DNA from: a bacterium
GTDB lineage: Bacteria; Patescibacteriota; Minisyncoccia; Phycocordibacterales; Phycocordibacteraceae
NCBI GenBank assembly: GCA_021784815.1
Contig: JAJYHK010000019.1
Location: 48,726 to 112,725, forward strand
Length of the DNA stretch: 64,000 nt
Direction: 5' to 3'
The notes under the pieces were generated by a model. That model was given only the letters and a program-made list of their open reading frames with translations, was not told the origin of the DNA and did not search any database. The position numbers and the translations under genes were made by a program. Shown here one piece after another: positions 44,433-54,503 of this stretch; the first letter of the stretch is position 1, and every line of letters begins with the position of its first letter.

Positions 44433-46400
44433 TTACGCGCCCTGGAGATCACCGTCGGGCACTCCGCGTAGCGCCGCATGTTTTTCGAGGTAGTCGAGCA
44501 CGGCATTTACGTATGCCGCATGGCTCCAGGTCAGGGGAGCAACCGAGCACTGCATGAGGTCTTCGGCGTAGAGCTGCTCGGAAAGGGTGCCGGAGTACTG
44601 GGCGTGCTGTACGACCCACTCGAACAGGTTGCGGACCGGCGCGAGCTCGTCGAGCGTTTTGGCGCGTGCAGTGAGATACTGCGCGTACCAGAGCGTCGTC
44701 ACGTACCAGGGATTGCTCGCAAGACCGCGGCGGTAGTAGGGATCGCCGTCGTAGCGGGCGATGCCGCCGCCGCGAGAGAGACGCGAGACGGTTTCTTCAA
44801 ACGCTTTGGACAGCTGCGGGTCATCCGGTTCAAGTACACCGAACGCAAAGAGTCCGTACACGGACGAGATGTCGACGGTGCGGTCGTAAACGGTCTTCTG
44901 CTCGAAGGTCTCTATGAGCTTGACCCAGCCGACCGGATCTTCGGTCACGAGGTGCTTTTGGATAGCAGCCTTGATTTCGTGCGCGGCGCGGTCGTATCGA
45001 AGCGCGTCGTGTTCTTTGCCGAGCACGCGCGCAATCTCTGCCGCGGCGCGGAGCGCGCCATGCACGGCAGCGGAGGTGAAGGTGCTGATGCCGTGTTTTT
45101 CCTCCCAGAGATCGTAAGAGGCATGCGGGAGTCCGGTCTCGTCGCGGTATCGGCAGAGGAAGTCGGCCATACTTGCGACGAGCGGATTGTAGAACTGCTC
45201 GATGAATTCGAGATCGCGATTGCGACGGTAGTGCTGCGCGATACTCCAAAGCACGAGCGCGGTCTCGTCTTCCTGGATCGGTAGCTGCACCTCGCCGTCG
45301 CGGATCCAGGGGTGCCAGGAAGATCCGAGCGATTGATCCGGGAGGTGCTTGTGGAGCAGGTAGCCGCCCTCGGTGAGTACGTCCTTGCAGAACGTGAAAT
45401 AGCGTTCAGCGACCGCGATATCGCCGACGCGCGCGAGCGCAAGCGCGCCATAGCTCGCATCGCGCGGCCATACATAGGCATAGGTGTCCTTTCCATACTC
45501 AAGCGTCTCGCCGTCGGCTGAGGCGAGAATACCGCCTCCGTTATCAGCGTGGGCGCGCACGAACATGAGCGACTTCTTGAAGAGCGCGATTGCGTCAGGA
45601 GAGAGGTCCTGGAAATGCCACTCGTAGCGGTTGGTCCAGGCGCGCCAGTAGTCGCGGGTGCTCTCGACGAGGTGTTGTGGCGTCTTGTGGTGCACGTACG
45701 CGTTCAGCTCAAGCGCGTCCTTGATAGACGTGGCAGCGGTGAGCCAGTAGTGCAGGGTCTTCGGTTTTTCGGATGCGAGGCTGAGCGTGAAGCCGATGAT
45801 GGAGTCGACCGAGCCGTGCTCAATCGCGTTTTTCGATAGGGTGCCGTCTTCGGCGTCGCGAAAAGTGCCGTCCTTGCCGTCAACGCCGAAGAGTCCGACG
45901 GCGTAGTCGGAAAAAGGAGCGCCGTCAGCGCTGCCGTTTGCAAGCAGCACCCGCTGGCCCTTGTAGTGGAGGATTGCGTGCGACTGCGGATCAAAGTAGG
46001 CGGTGTCGCTCCCGTATGACCGGCTCAGTTCGAACTCCTGGCCAAAGAAGAGCTTCACCGTGCGCGCTCGGTCGGCGTGGTTGACGAGTGTAACGGCGCG
46101 AACAAAGATGGGGCGCTCATTATAGACGACGTCAGTAAACGAGATCGAGAGCGCGAGCGTGTCGTTGCGTGCTTCGATGGTGCTCTGGAGCGCGTCCTCG
46201 ACGCACTCGACCCGGATCTGCCAATGGGGATCTTCGGAAAGCCACGAGATCGCATTGTCGACGTAGACTCCGATCCGATGGCGGAGCGCCCCGCCAGCAT
46301 GATTCTCGAGCCCCACATGCGGAAAGTACACGTCACGTACCTCGCCGCGGCAGTCAAGGGTGACGAGGAGGGAGCCGTTGCTGAGGACAAGCGACCTCAT
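44433..46400 (-). CDS. glycoside hydrolase family 15-like (glucoamylase/glucodextranase-related)
   Basis: 655 aa with GH15-type N-terminal beta-sandwich and (alpha/alpha)6 catalytic domain features. Confidence 0.65.
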   Translation of the reverse strand: MRSLVLSNGSLLVTLDCRGEVRDVYFPHVGLENHAGGALRHRIGVYVDNAISWLSEDPHWQIRVECVEDALQSTIEARNDTLALSISFTDVVYNERPIFVRAVTLVNHADRARTVKLFFGQEFELSRSYGSDTAYFDPQSHAILHYKGQRVLLANGSADGAPFSDYAVGLFGVDGKDGTFRDAEDGTLSKNAIEHGSVDSIIGFTLSLASEKPKTLHYWLTAATSIKDALELNAYVHHKTPQHLVESTRDYWRAWTNRYEWHFQDLSPDAIALFKKSLMFVRAHADNGGGILASADGETLEYGKDTYAYVWPRDASYGALALARVGDIAVAERYFTFCKDVLTEGGYLLHKHLPDQSLGSSWHPWIRDGEVQLPIQEDETALVLWSIAQHYRRNRDLEFIEQFYNPLVASMADFLCRYRDETGLPHASYDLWEEKHGISTFTSAAVHGALRAAAEIARVLGKEHDALRYDRAAHEIKAAIQKHLVTEDPVGWVKLIETFEQKTVYDRTVDISSVYGLFAFGVLEPDDPQLSKAFEETVSRLSRGGGIARYDGDPYYRRGLASNPWYVTTLWYAQYLTARAKTLDELAPVRNLFEWVVQHAQYSGTLSEQLYAEDLMQCSVAPLTWSHAAYVNAVLDYLEKHAALRGVPDGDLQGA

Positions 46401-47626
46401 ACGAGCGCCGGTTCGCCCGCACGCACCCGCGCGCGTTCATGTTGGCGGAGGCGCCACTCGAGGTCTTTGAGCGCATGCATGAACGTGTTGTGCGCTTCGT
46501 AGGGCGTACCGTAGGGCGAGAAGTAGGCATGTACATCGCCGTCGGCAGCCCATTTTGTGCACATGTAGTAGAAGTGGTCTGAGGTCTGCAGCCGCCGCCA
46601 GTCTTCGAGGAGCTGCTCGTCGTTGGTTGCCTGGACGCGGTCCTCGAGGCCGTAGAGCGTACCGATAGCCGCGTGCTGGAGCTCGTTGCCCAGCCAGGCG
46701 GTGAGGTCCCGGTCGGTGTCGGCCCAGGTGGTGACGCCCGGCACGTCGACCGTGTCGCGGTCTTGGTGCATAGCGATGACGAGCGACGGCGTCATAAAGG
46801 CGAGGCTCGGATTCTGGAGGAGTTCACCCGGGAGCGCTTCGAGGAAATGGAAGATGCCGGTGTCTTCCCACTGATGTTCGCCGAAGGTCTCATAGTCCAT
46901 AAAGAGGTTCACAGTGTCGCCGCCCTCGGCGCCCATCCACTGGCCGTATTTGCCCGTGGTGAGCGGCCAGCCCTCCCACTCACGCGACGAAAAACGGAAG
47001 GCGATATCGTCAGAAAGCCGGTAATTCTTAAGGAGAAGCTTTGTGCGGCGAGAGCCGGGCGGGCGGTACACATAATTGGGACTGCGTCCGTGGAGAATCG
47101 GATCCCAGCCTTCGGCGAGGATGCCGAGGTAGCCGCGCTCGTCAGCCCAGGAGCCGAGCGCGTTCGTGTAGGAAAGCTCGGTATTGCGAAAGACGCGCGG
47201 CGTCACGCCGAAAAGGCGCTCGACGAGTTCGGTATGCTTGCGCACTTGCCGCTCGAATTCCTGGCGCGAGAAGAAGAATGCGAGCGAGTGGTAGTACGTT
47301 TCGCCCAAAATCTCGAGGCGGCCGGTCCGAACCATGTCTTGGAAAAGCGTGATCGCCTCAGGCGCATCTTGCTCGAGCTGCTCAAGCGCGATGCCGGAGA
47401 AAGAGACAGCAAACCGGAAGGCTTGATGCCGTTTGAGCAGTTTCGCAAGGAGCCGCGCGGTAGGGAGGTACGACTTCTCGGCGACCTTGCGCAGCACGCG
47501 GCGGTTATTGAGATCGTTTTCTTCGTTGCCGTCGAAATACGCATGATCGCGGCCAATGTCAAACAAGCCGTAGCGTTTTACACGATACGGCTGGTGAATT
47601 TGCAGGTAGAGGCAAACGCTTTTCAT
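46397..47626 (-). CDS. glycoside hydrolase family 57
   Basis: MKSVCLYLQIHQPYR... GH57 N-terminal signature. Confidence 0.75.
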   Translation of the reverse strand: MKSVCLYLQIHQPYRVKRYGLFDIGRDHAYFDGNEENDLNNRRVLRKVAEKSYLPTARLLAKLLKRHQAFRFAVSFSGIALEQLEQDAPEAITLFQDMVRTGRLEILGETYYHSLAFFFSRQEFERQVRKHTELVERLFGVTPRVFRNTELSYTNALGSWADERGYLGILAEGWDPILHGRSPNYVYRPPGSRRTKLLLKNYRLSDDIAFRFSSREWEGWPLTTGKYGQWMGAEGGDTVNLFMDYETFGEHQWEDTGIFHFLEALPGELLQNPSLAFMTPSLVIAMHQDRDTVDVPGVTTWADTDRDLTAWLGNELQHAAIGTLYGLEDRVQATNDEQLLEDWRRLQTSDHFYYMCTKWAADGDVHAYFSPYGTPYEAHNTFMHALKDLEWRLRQHERARVRAGEPALV

Positions 47627-47638
47627 AGCCTGGGTTTC

Positions 47639-48988
47639 TTACGCCGGGACAAGTTCGTCCATGATGCCGCGGATCTTTTCTCCCGCGCGATCCCAGGTGA
47701 GCAGGGAGAGCACAGCAGCGTGTTTTGCGATCTGGGCGGCACGCAGCTGCGGCGAGACTAGCAGCTCATGAATACGGGCGGCCATAGCCTGATCGTCCCA
47801 GAAATCAACGATAGTCGCGTGGGGAACCGCCTCCGCAACACCGGATTGTCTAGAGATGATGACAGGGGTCCCAGCGCGCATGGCCTCAAGCGGCGCGATG
47901 CCGAAGGGTTCAGAAATGCTCGGCATCACGAAGACGTCCGCTGTCGCGTATGCTTCGTGGAGGTCATGGTCGCGCAGGAATCCAGGAAAGAGCACGCGAT
48001 CGCCAATGCCGAGCCCGGCGGCCATGCGCATGAGCTGGTGCGTCATATCACCCGAACCAACGATGACGAAAAGCACATCCGGATCACGCTTTGCTACACG
48101 CACGGCAGCGCGCAGGAAGTGGTCGGGCCCTTTCTGGATAGTGAGACGGCCGGCAAAAAGCACGATCTTGTATCCGGCTTGCTTGAGCGCCGCGAGACGC
48201 GCCGCGGCGTGCGGATTCCGCCGCGGCGCGGTTTCGTCGTCGATGCCGTTCCAGACAACGCGCACCCTACTCGGGTTCACGCCATAGCGGTCGATCACCA
48301 TGCCCTTGGTGCGATGGGAGACGGCAACGACGCAGTCGGCATTATGCATGCCGGCGCGCTCGATATCGTAGACCACCTGGTTCACGCTGCCGTTCCCCGT
48401 GCGGTCGAATTCGGTCGCGTGTACGTGCGCCACGAGCGGCTTGTACGATGCGCTTTTGGCGGCGCTGCCGGCCCCGAAAGAGAGCCAGTCATGCGCGTAG
48501 ATGATATCGTGCGGCTCGCGCTCGGCGATTTTTGCGCCCGCTGCAGCATAGCGACGCACTTCGCTCACAAGGTCGCCGCCATAGATGGGTTTGCCGTCGG
48601 GGCCGAGTATATAGCTGCCCTCAATAGCGTACGGCACGATGGGCGAATCGATGTAGCGTACTTGCGCGCCGATATCTTCGTACTCGGCGGTAATCATTTT
48701 CGCGTAGGGGACGGATAGCGGAAAGCGTTTGGGGAGGACGAACGTAACGTCGACGTCACTTTTGGCGAGCGCGCGGGTAAGGCCGAGGGACGCGACGCCG
48801 AGGCCGCCGCTGTTAAAGGGCGGGAACTCCCAGCCGAAAATGAGCGCACGCAGCTTGCGGCGCGCACGCGCGAACGGACGCTGATCGAGGGATGCTGGTT
48901 GCTTTGCAAAAACAGCGCCGAGTGTCGCACCGACCACAAAGAAGGAGAAGAGCAACGCAATGAGATATATGAAAAAAGCGAAGCTCAT
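47639..48988 (-). CDS. alpha-glucosyltransferase (glycogen-synthase-like, GT4/GT5)
   Basis: FPPFNSGGLGVASLGL resembles the KTGGL donor-binding motif. GT-B C-terminal domain. Confidence 0.65.
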   Translation of the reverse strand: MSFAFFIYLIALLFSFFVVGATLGAVFAKQPASLDQRPFARARRKLRALIFGWEFPPFNSGGLGVASLGLTRALAKSDVDVTFVLPKRFPLSVPYAKMITAEYEDIGAQVRYIDSPIVPYAIEGSYILGPDGKPIYGGDLVSEVRRYAAAGAKIAEREPHDIIYAHDWLSFGAGSAAKSASYKPLVAHVHATEFDRTGNGSVNQVVYDIERAGMHNADCVVAVSHRTKGMVIDRYGVNPSRVRVVWNGIDDETAPRRNPHAAARLAALKQAGYKIVLFAGRLTIQKGPDHFLRAAVRVAKRDPDVLFVIVGSGDMTHQLMRMAAGLGIGDRVLFPGFLRDHDLHEAYATADVFVMPSISEPFGIAPLEAMRAGTPVIISRQSGVAEAVPHATIVDFWDDQAMAARIHELLVSPQLRAAQIAKHAAVLSLLTWDRAGEKIRGIMDELVPA

Positions 48989-49215
48989 GGAAGTACCTAT
49001 AAAATAGGAAACAAGCCTATGTGGCTACCATAGCACCAAACGACATGCAATAAGCGCCGTTATGCACAGGTTTTGCCTCGTTATCTCCGCGCACCGGCGT
49101 CCGAGGCGTCCGCTCGGTATGCCCGTTTTCTACGCGGGCCGGCTTGCTCAAATTGCAGAGGAATTTGGAAGCAGTTGCTGGCAGGAAGCGCTGGTATTGG
49201 GTATACTCGCGCCAT

Positions 49216-49593
49216 ATGCTGGTAAATGTATGTATCGCGAAGCTTCATCGCGCGACGGTTACAGGAGCGGACCTTAACTACGTGGGTTCGATCACGATCG
49301 ACGAGGTACTTCTCGAGCAAGCGGGGCTCGTGCCGGGGCAGCTCGTGCAGATCACGAATGTGAGCAACGCCGTGCTCTGGCGAACCTACATCCTCGCGGG
49401 TGAGAAGGGGAAAGGGGACATCATCCTCAATGGCCCGCCCGCCCGCCTCTTTCAGAAGGGCGACAAAGTGGTCATCCTCGGCGAGGCGTGGGTGACTCCC
49501 GAGGAGGCAAAGAACATGGGCGGCCCGACGGTGGTCTTCGTAGACGACAAGAACCAAATCACCGAGGTGAAGAAGCGCTGGCGGCCCGAGTAG
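49216..49593 (+). CDS. panD: aspartate 1-decarboxylase
   Basis: MLVNVCIAKLHRATVTGADLNYVGSITID: pyruvoyl-dependent PanD with the GS self-cleavage site. Internal ATG chosen. Confidence 0.85.
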   Translation: MLVNVCIAKLHRATVTGADLNYVGSITIDEVLLEQAGLVPGQLVQITNVSNAVLWRTYILAGEKGKGDIILNGPPARLFQKGDKVVILGEAWVTPEEAKNMGGPTVVFVDDKNQITEVKKRWRPE

Positions 49594-49791
49594 CTGAAGT
49601 TATCTTGAGATCCCCTCGGCAGACTCTGTCGTGGGGCGGCACTCTAAGCGGTCAAATCAAGTCTTGTTCCGGGGCCGTTTCGAAGGGGAAAAGGATGGCC
49701 TTTCGCCTCGGCTCATTTTCGGGTATGCTCCGCTTGGAGGTCCTTTCCGGTAGAAAGGGCTTTGGGTTTACTATAACGTATGGAGTACAAC

Positions 49792-50817
49792 ATGAACGCG
49801 ACGATGGAGTTCGACTTCAAACTGTTCGATCACCTGAGGCCGCTACCGCGGGTTATCGAGATCGATACGACCTTGCTGCCCGATCCCTGGCCTGAATTTT
49901 GCGAGGCGCAGCGGATACGCGTGCATGCGGTGCTCGGCTATGAAAATCCGGCCAAGCACATCAAGATCTGGCCAGCCTGCAACATTGTCGGTCGAGGAAT
50001 TCAGCGCGGTGCCCACCTCAATACGGATACCGTAACCGATTCCTCGTCCGGCAACTACGTGCTGGGTCTTAATCGGGTGTTGCACGCGGTCCGCAACCGG
50101 TACCCGGATTTCCCGATCATCCGGGTCGTCTCGGTCGTTCCGCGCAATACGCCGCAGGGCAAGCTCGACTTGTTGGAGGCTGCCGGCATCGAGATCGAGT
50201 TCGGGGAAGACTCGCTCGACGCCATGCGCCGAGCCGAAACGTTGGCCGCAGAGCATGGGTGGTGGTACACGCGGCAGTACTGGAATCCGGACAACACGGA
50301 GGCATATGGCCCGTTTGGGTCGCACGTCGCGCAATCCCTGCCGAATGTCGGCATTTTTGCGTGCGGGGTTGGCAGCGGCGGTACCTGTTCAGGGGTCATA
50401 CCGGCGCTGCGCGAAGGACTCAGGCCGCACGGGTCGAATCTCCACGCGGTTGCGGTAGTGGTTGAATCGGGGAGTGCTGTTTCGGGCGTGCGCACCGAGA
50501 AGGCGCTCAAACCGGGTACGCTTGACTGGCGCGGGGTTGTCAATGACGTCCGCTACATCCGGCTCGAGGAATCACTCGTCTGCAGTGCTGCGCTCTGGCG
50601 GTGCGATCCGGGTTCGTCGGTATTCGAGCCGTGTTACGGCGGCGAAAGCACCGGCTTCGCTCTGGTGGGCGGGCTGCTCTCCGCGTCGGCTCTGGCGAAC
50701 ATGAATCGGCTCGGCACGTTCCGGCGTCCTGACGGGAACGTGCATCTGGGCTTCATTGCTCCGGATATGCGCGATCCCTATCGGGACAACTTCGCTAAGC
50801 ACGGTATCTTTTTCTAA
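49792..50817 (+). CDS. PLP-dependent enzyme, cysteine-synthase/tryptophan-synthase-beta fold (PALP)
   Basis: SSSGNYVLGL and GVGSGGTCSGV motifs. GGAG Shine-Dalgarno 7 nt upstream of ATG 49792. Confidence 0.65.
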   Translation: MNATMEFDFKLFDHLRPLPRVIEIDTTLLPDPWPEFCEAQRIRVHAVLGYENPAKHIKIWPACNIVGRGIQRGAHLNTDTVTDSSSGNYVLGLNRVLHAVRNRYPDFPIIRVVSVVPRNTPQGKLDLLEAAGIEIEFGEDSLDAMRRAETLAAEHGWWYTRQYWNPDNTEAYGPFGSHVAQSLPNVGIFACGVGSGGTCSGVIPALREGLRPHGSNLHAVAVVVESGSAVSGVRTEKALKPGTLDWRGVVNDVRYIRLEESLVCSAALWRCDPGSSVFEPCYGGESTGFALVGGLLSASALANMNRLGTFRRPDGNVHLGFIAPDMRDPYRDNFAKHGIFF

Positions 50818-50846
50818 ACGAGGAGAAACCGCGATTCTCACAAGAA

Positions 50847-50879
50847 CCCCGGCCAGATATATGGCCGGGGTATCTTTTT
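50847..50879. terminator. bidirectional terminator between convergent genes
   Basis: ccccggcca-gatata-tggccgggg followed by tatcttttt. Confidence 0.7.
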
Positions 50880-50900
50880 CTATATGCAGCGTTTCATTTA

Positions 50901-51527
50901 TCACGCGGGTTGTAGAATTTCTGCAAGCCGTGCTTCGTCAAAGCCGATGATGAAGTCGGGATCGGACTCGTTCCCGTAGGAAATCTCCGTTACTGGTACG
51001 CCCATCTGGCCGGTCTTCTCTACCATCGCACGACCAGCTTCGTGATTCTGGTCGATGAGCACCACGGTATGCTCAATGTTGTGCTCGGTGAGCCAGTCCT
51101 TCACTTTCGTGCAGTAGGGACAGGTCATAGTCGCATAGACGAGTATGCTTGAGGGCTTGAGCGCTTCCACGCCGGCCGCGGTATTAATAAGATCTTTGCT
51201 TATTTTGTCGGCTTCGGTGGCCAGGTCGGCGAGTGGGCCGTTGTGAATTAGGGATTTTATGATCGTCGGCTGCCCGGTACCGACGAGCACGTCCTCGCCC
51301 CGCTTGAGGATGATAACCGCACAGGGGAGAAAGCCGGCGAGTCGGTGGTCCGTCTCAAGCAGTCTTTTCGCCCACTCAGCCTTGCATGCGAGGAGCATAT
51401 GCATCTCACCCGGGACGAGCTCTTTTTCCGCGAGGATCGAGAATCCGGCATCTTTGGTTGCTGTGCGCGCGCGGTCGACCGTATCCGTAAACGAACGGAC
51501 GCTTTTCCGAAAATAAGATAGTTCCAT
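50901..51527 (-). CDS. DUF302-domain / glutaredoxin fusion protein
   Basis: N-terminal DUF302-like segment. C-terminal Grx with CPYC active site (VYATMTCPYCTKV). Confidence 0.7.
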   Translation of the reverse strand: MELSYFRKSVRSFTDTVDRARTATKDAGFSILAEKELVPGEMHMLLACKAEWAKRLLETDHRLAGFLPCAVIILKRGEDVLVGTGQPTIIKSLIHNGPLADLATEADKISKDLINTAAGVEALKPSSILVYATMTCPYCTKVKDWLTEHNIEHTVVLIDQNHEAGRAMVEKTGQMGVPVTEISYGNESDPDFIIGFDEARLAEILQPA

Positions 51528-51536
51528 AAGCGAAGG

Positions 51537-51797
51537 TTACGTAGCGAGGTTTGCAATGGTGCGGCAGATCGAGATGAGGCGCCGGTCCGCAACGCGGTAG
51601 AGGCGCTCGCGTCCACGGACCGTACTTGCCACGGCGCCCGCGGCGCGCAGCTTCATGAGGTGCTGGGAGATCGCGGATTGGGACAGGGTACAGACGGCGC
51701 AGAGGTCGCTTACCGTTTTCGCATGCGTGCCCAGGCACACGATGATTTTCCGTCTGATCGGGTTCGACAGAGCCGCATCGATGGTTTGCGCGTCCAT
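51537..51797 (-). CDS. ArsR/SmtB-family transcriptional regulator
   Basis: wHTH: LSNPIRRKIIVCL..SDLCAVCTLSQSAISQHLMKL. Confidence 0.8.
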   Translation of the reverse strand: MDAQTIDAALSNPIRRKIIVCLGTHAKTVSDLCAVCTLSQSAISQHLMKLRAAGAVASTVRGRERLYRVADRRLISICRTIANLAT

Positions 51798-52426
51798 GCA
51801 TACACATTAGCAGACACTAATGTATTTGCAAGCATACAAAAAGGAGACGCCCACGAGGGGCGCCGAATGAAATTCTGGGATATCTGATCTTTCGTGAGGT
51901 AGTGGCGAACGACCAACAGAAGCTCGGTTTCTGTTTTGGGCATCGTCGTAAGGTCGTGGTCTCTCAAAACCATGACCTTGTGCATGGTGATGCCCTGGCA
52001 TCGGCCAAACGCATCAGCCGGATTCATCTTCTGTCCGCCGGGCAGGCGGATCGTAGCGTGCGAGGGCATGAGGAAATCAATTTCTCCTTTTGCGCCCATC
52101 GCCTTGTAGTCGAGCACGATGGCGAACTGGCGTGGTAAGTACGCATGTTTGACGTACTCGATGCCGCATCGTTTCGGCTGCTGCTTCACGGTCGCATAGT
52201 CGAAGGCAACGACGCTCCATAGCGGGTACTCATTCTTCAACTGGCGTTGAATAGCGACTGAAATACCAGGGATTGGCGGCGCGCCTGAAGCGGTCGGTCC
52301 ATTTGTGTGGCCCGTCTGGCGTACCGTGGCGTTATAAGCCGTAGCACTCACTTCAGCTCCGAAAGCCGTTGCGGAAAAGAACAAAGAAAGAAAGACGACT
52401 CCTACGAGGTGCGGCTTAGCCCGCAT
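51710..52426 (-). CDS. secreted 3D-domain (MltA/YuiC-like) protein, C-terminus uncertain
   Basis: Signal peptide. ATAY..TG.T.GPTASG..VAI...D...G.IDF pattern. The 3' end overlaps arsR by 88 nt, so either the tail or the arsR start is mis-set. Confidence 0.45.
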   Translation of the reverse strand: MRAKPHLVGVVFLSLFFSATAFGAEVSATAYNATVRQTGHTNGPTASGAPPIPGISVAIQRQLKNEYPLWSVVAFDYATVKQQPKRCGIEYVKHAYLPRQFAIVLDYKAMGAKGEIDFLMPSHATIRLPGGQKMNPADAFGRCQGITMHKVMVLRDHDLTTMPKTETELLLVVRHYLTKDQISQNFIRRPSWASPFCMLANTLVSANVYAWTRKPSMRLCRTRSDGKSSCAWARMRKR

Positions 52427-52684
52427 CAGTGGACTCCTTTTTCGATCGAGCGGCATGCCGGAATGGCGTACCGTGTGTCTTATTACGCCGACCTCAAGAG
52501 AGATCAGCATAAGTACATACGGTGCGTAGAGAAAAAAATTTCAGAACGCCGTTAAACGACCGCGTAGTACGAAATAGCGTAAAAACGAAGACAGACAGAT
52601 CCGTCTTCCAATTTGGGTTTATGCAACATAACGCCGGACTGTTTTGTTGAACAGTCCGGCGTACCCAGAGCTCAGGAGGCTGGA

Positions 52685-53044
52685 TTATGAGCGGTTCAGG
52701 AGGGATGCGAACCAGGAGATAGTCCCGCATGCTCGTCCGGAAACACCCGTCGTGTCCAGAAGCGCGAGTCCCAGGGCGGGTAAGCGTACGGTCGATGTCT
52801 CTCTTGCGCATCGCTCGAGAGCCCGTCCGACCGCATCGACGATCTGGTTTTGCTCCTGGAGGCTTAGTTCGGTGCCCCGCAGCACGCTGGCGAGATGGAG
52901 CGCGAGCCGCTCTTTGTTGCTCTCAGAAAGGCAATCGAGAGCCTTCTTTGGGAGGTCGATATCGGTAAGCGCCTCTTCGCTCGACCGCGGTGTGCTTGGA
53001 CGCGCCTTCGTACGAGGGCCGCTATTCCGCGGGTGTTTCGGCAT
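52685..53044 (-). CDS. hypothetical protein (120 aa)
   Basis: AAGGAG Shine-Dalgarno 6-8 nt upstream of ATG 53044. Downstream hairpin gccggactgtt-ttgttg-aacagtccggc (52633-52660). Confidence 0.4.
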   Translation of the reverse strand: MPKHPRNSGPRTKARPSTPRSSEEALTDIDLPKKALDCLSESNKERLALHLASVLRGTELSLQEQNQIVDAVGRALERCARETSTVRLPALGLALLDTTGVSGRACGTISWFASLLNRS

Positions 53045-53172
53045 GGCGTTCTCCTTCTTGCCCTGTTCCGGATTAATAATACGCTTGAAAGGCGTGATTG
53101 ATGAGTGAATGGCGCAGCTCCACGGGCGCGCTTCGGCTTTCCCTACAAGCCTTGCGGACCTCTTCTCGTACG

Positions 53173-54150
53173 CTAAACGAAGGCAGGGACGTACCGTATC
53201 GGAGCGTGCACCGTTGGCGGCCGTGCGTCGAGTGCCATGCCTGCGCAGAGGACGGAGAGGATGACGAGCGAGAAAAGGAAGACGCGCTTCGCCCATGTGG
53301 CGTCATCAGTCCCGCGGAAACCGCGCAGCGAAAGCGCGATCCATCCGATGCCCAGGACGATTGCCGTGAGGCCGTATGCTATGCCGGTATAGCCGAAGGG
53401 CCAAAGCAGCACGGAGACGATCGCAAAAGCGGAGACGTACAGCACTATCTGTTCTTTTGTCTTGCGCACGCTTTTAACAATGGGCCAGACAGGAATCTTC
53501 GCAGCCGCATAGTCGTCGCGGCGGAAAAGCGCGATCGCGAAGAAATGCGGCATCTGCCAGAGGCAGAGCATAACAAAGAGAATGAGCGCCGCGAGATCAA
53601 ATCGCCCGGTGACGGCGCAGTAGCCGACAACGGGCGGCATCGCGCCGGCAATGCTGCCGAGGTGAGTCGCGTAGGGAGTGCGTCGTTTGGAAAGGAGCGT
53701 ATAGAGGATGACATACGTAAAGAGGCCGAAGAGCGCCATCGTAGTCGCAAGGGGCGTTGTGCCGCGCGCAAGGATGAGGGTGCCGGCGAGGCCAAGGAAT
53801 GTAGCGTAGACGAGCGACGCGCGCGGCGCGATCGCGCCGCGCGGCAGCGGCCGCTCCTGCGTGCGCAGCATGAGACGATCGATGTCCCGATCGAGGTAAT
53901 TGTTAAAGACGCATCCGCTCGCAACTACGAGAGAGAGACCCGCAAGCATCGCCGCAAGCGTTGGGAGCATGAGCGCGCCGTGCGAGGCGAGGAAGAATCC
54001 GCCGAGCGCGGAGATGGCGTTCCCGTAGACGATGCCGGGCTTCGCGAGCTCGTAGTAGGCGCGGAGAGTAGAAACAGCGGTAGAGTGCGAGAACGCGCTC
54101 GGCGGGGTACCGGGGACGGGCTTCGATTGCGCAAATGAGCGGCTTTGCAT
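53173..54150 (-). CDS. cyoE: protoheme IX farnesyltransferase (heme O synthase)
   Basis: UbiA-family. NYLDRDID and the second Asp-rich motif. Confidence 0.9.
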   Translation of the reverse strand: MQSRSFAQSKPVPGTPPSAFSHSTAVSTLRAYYELAKPGIVYGNAISALGGFFLASHGALMLPTLAAMLAGLSLVVASGCVFNNYLDRDIDRLMLRTQERPLPRGAIAPRASLVYATFLGLAGTLILARGTTPLATTMALFGLFTYVILYTLLSKRRTPYATHLGSIAGAMPPVVGYCAVTGRFDLAALILFVMLCLWQMPHFFAIALFRRDDYAAAKIPVWPIVKSVRKTKEQIVLYVSAFAIVSVLLWPFGYTGIAYGLTAIVLGIGWIALSLRGFRGTDDATWAKRVFLFSLVILSVLCAGMALDARPPTVHAPIRYVPAFV

Positions 54151-54152
54151 AC

Positions 54153-54503
54153 CTACATCGAATCCTGACTCTGGGTGTACTGGAGCATGCGAGTCGGAGT
54201 CGGCATCATGCGCGCATTGAGGTTGTACATGATCCAGAGCGAACCGACGACCACGATACCCACGATGACGAGGGTGAGCGCGAGTGCGAGCTGGTTGAGT
54301 TTGTTGCCGCGCTCGCCAAGATGGAGGAACAGCGCAAGCTGGATGAAAAGCTGCACGAGCGCAAGCGCCACGAGTGCCGCAAGGCCGGTGCCGTGGGCTA
54401 CCGGGTGCGCCGCGACGAGCCAGTACGCGGCAAGGGTGCAGACGAGCGAACCGAGGAATCCGAGCACATAGCGCCCCGGGGATGTCTCAGAGGAAGCATT
54501 CAT
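54153..54503 (-). CDS. cyoD: cytochrome o quinol oxidase subunit IV
   Basis: 116 aa, three TM, CyoD-like. Confidence 0.7.
   Translation of the reverse strand: MNASSETSPGRYVLGFLGSLVCTLAAYWLVAAHPVAHGTGLAALVALALVQLFIQLALFLHLGERGNKLNQLALALTLVIVGIVVVGSLWIMYNLNARMMPTPTRMLQYTQSQDSM

Noticed and set aside
49594-49791. Possible riboswitch upstream of the PLP-dependent enzyme gene
   Set aside because: The 200-nt leader has some hairpins but no match to SAM, glycine, lysine or other riboswitch consensus cores that I can recognise by eye.
53098-54138. 346-aa plus-strand ORF opposite cyoE
   Set aside because: Glu/Arg-rich artefact. cyoE on the minus strand has the UbiA motifs.
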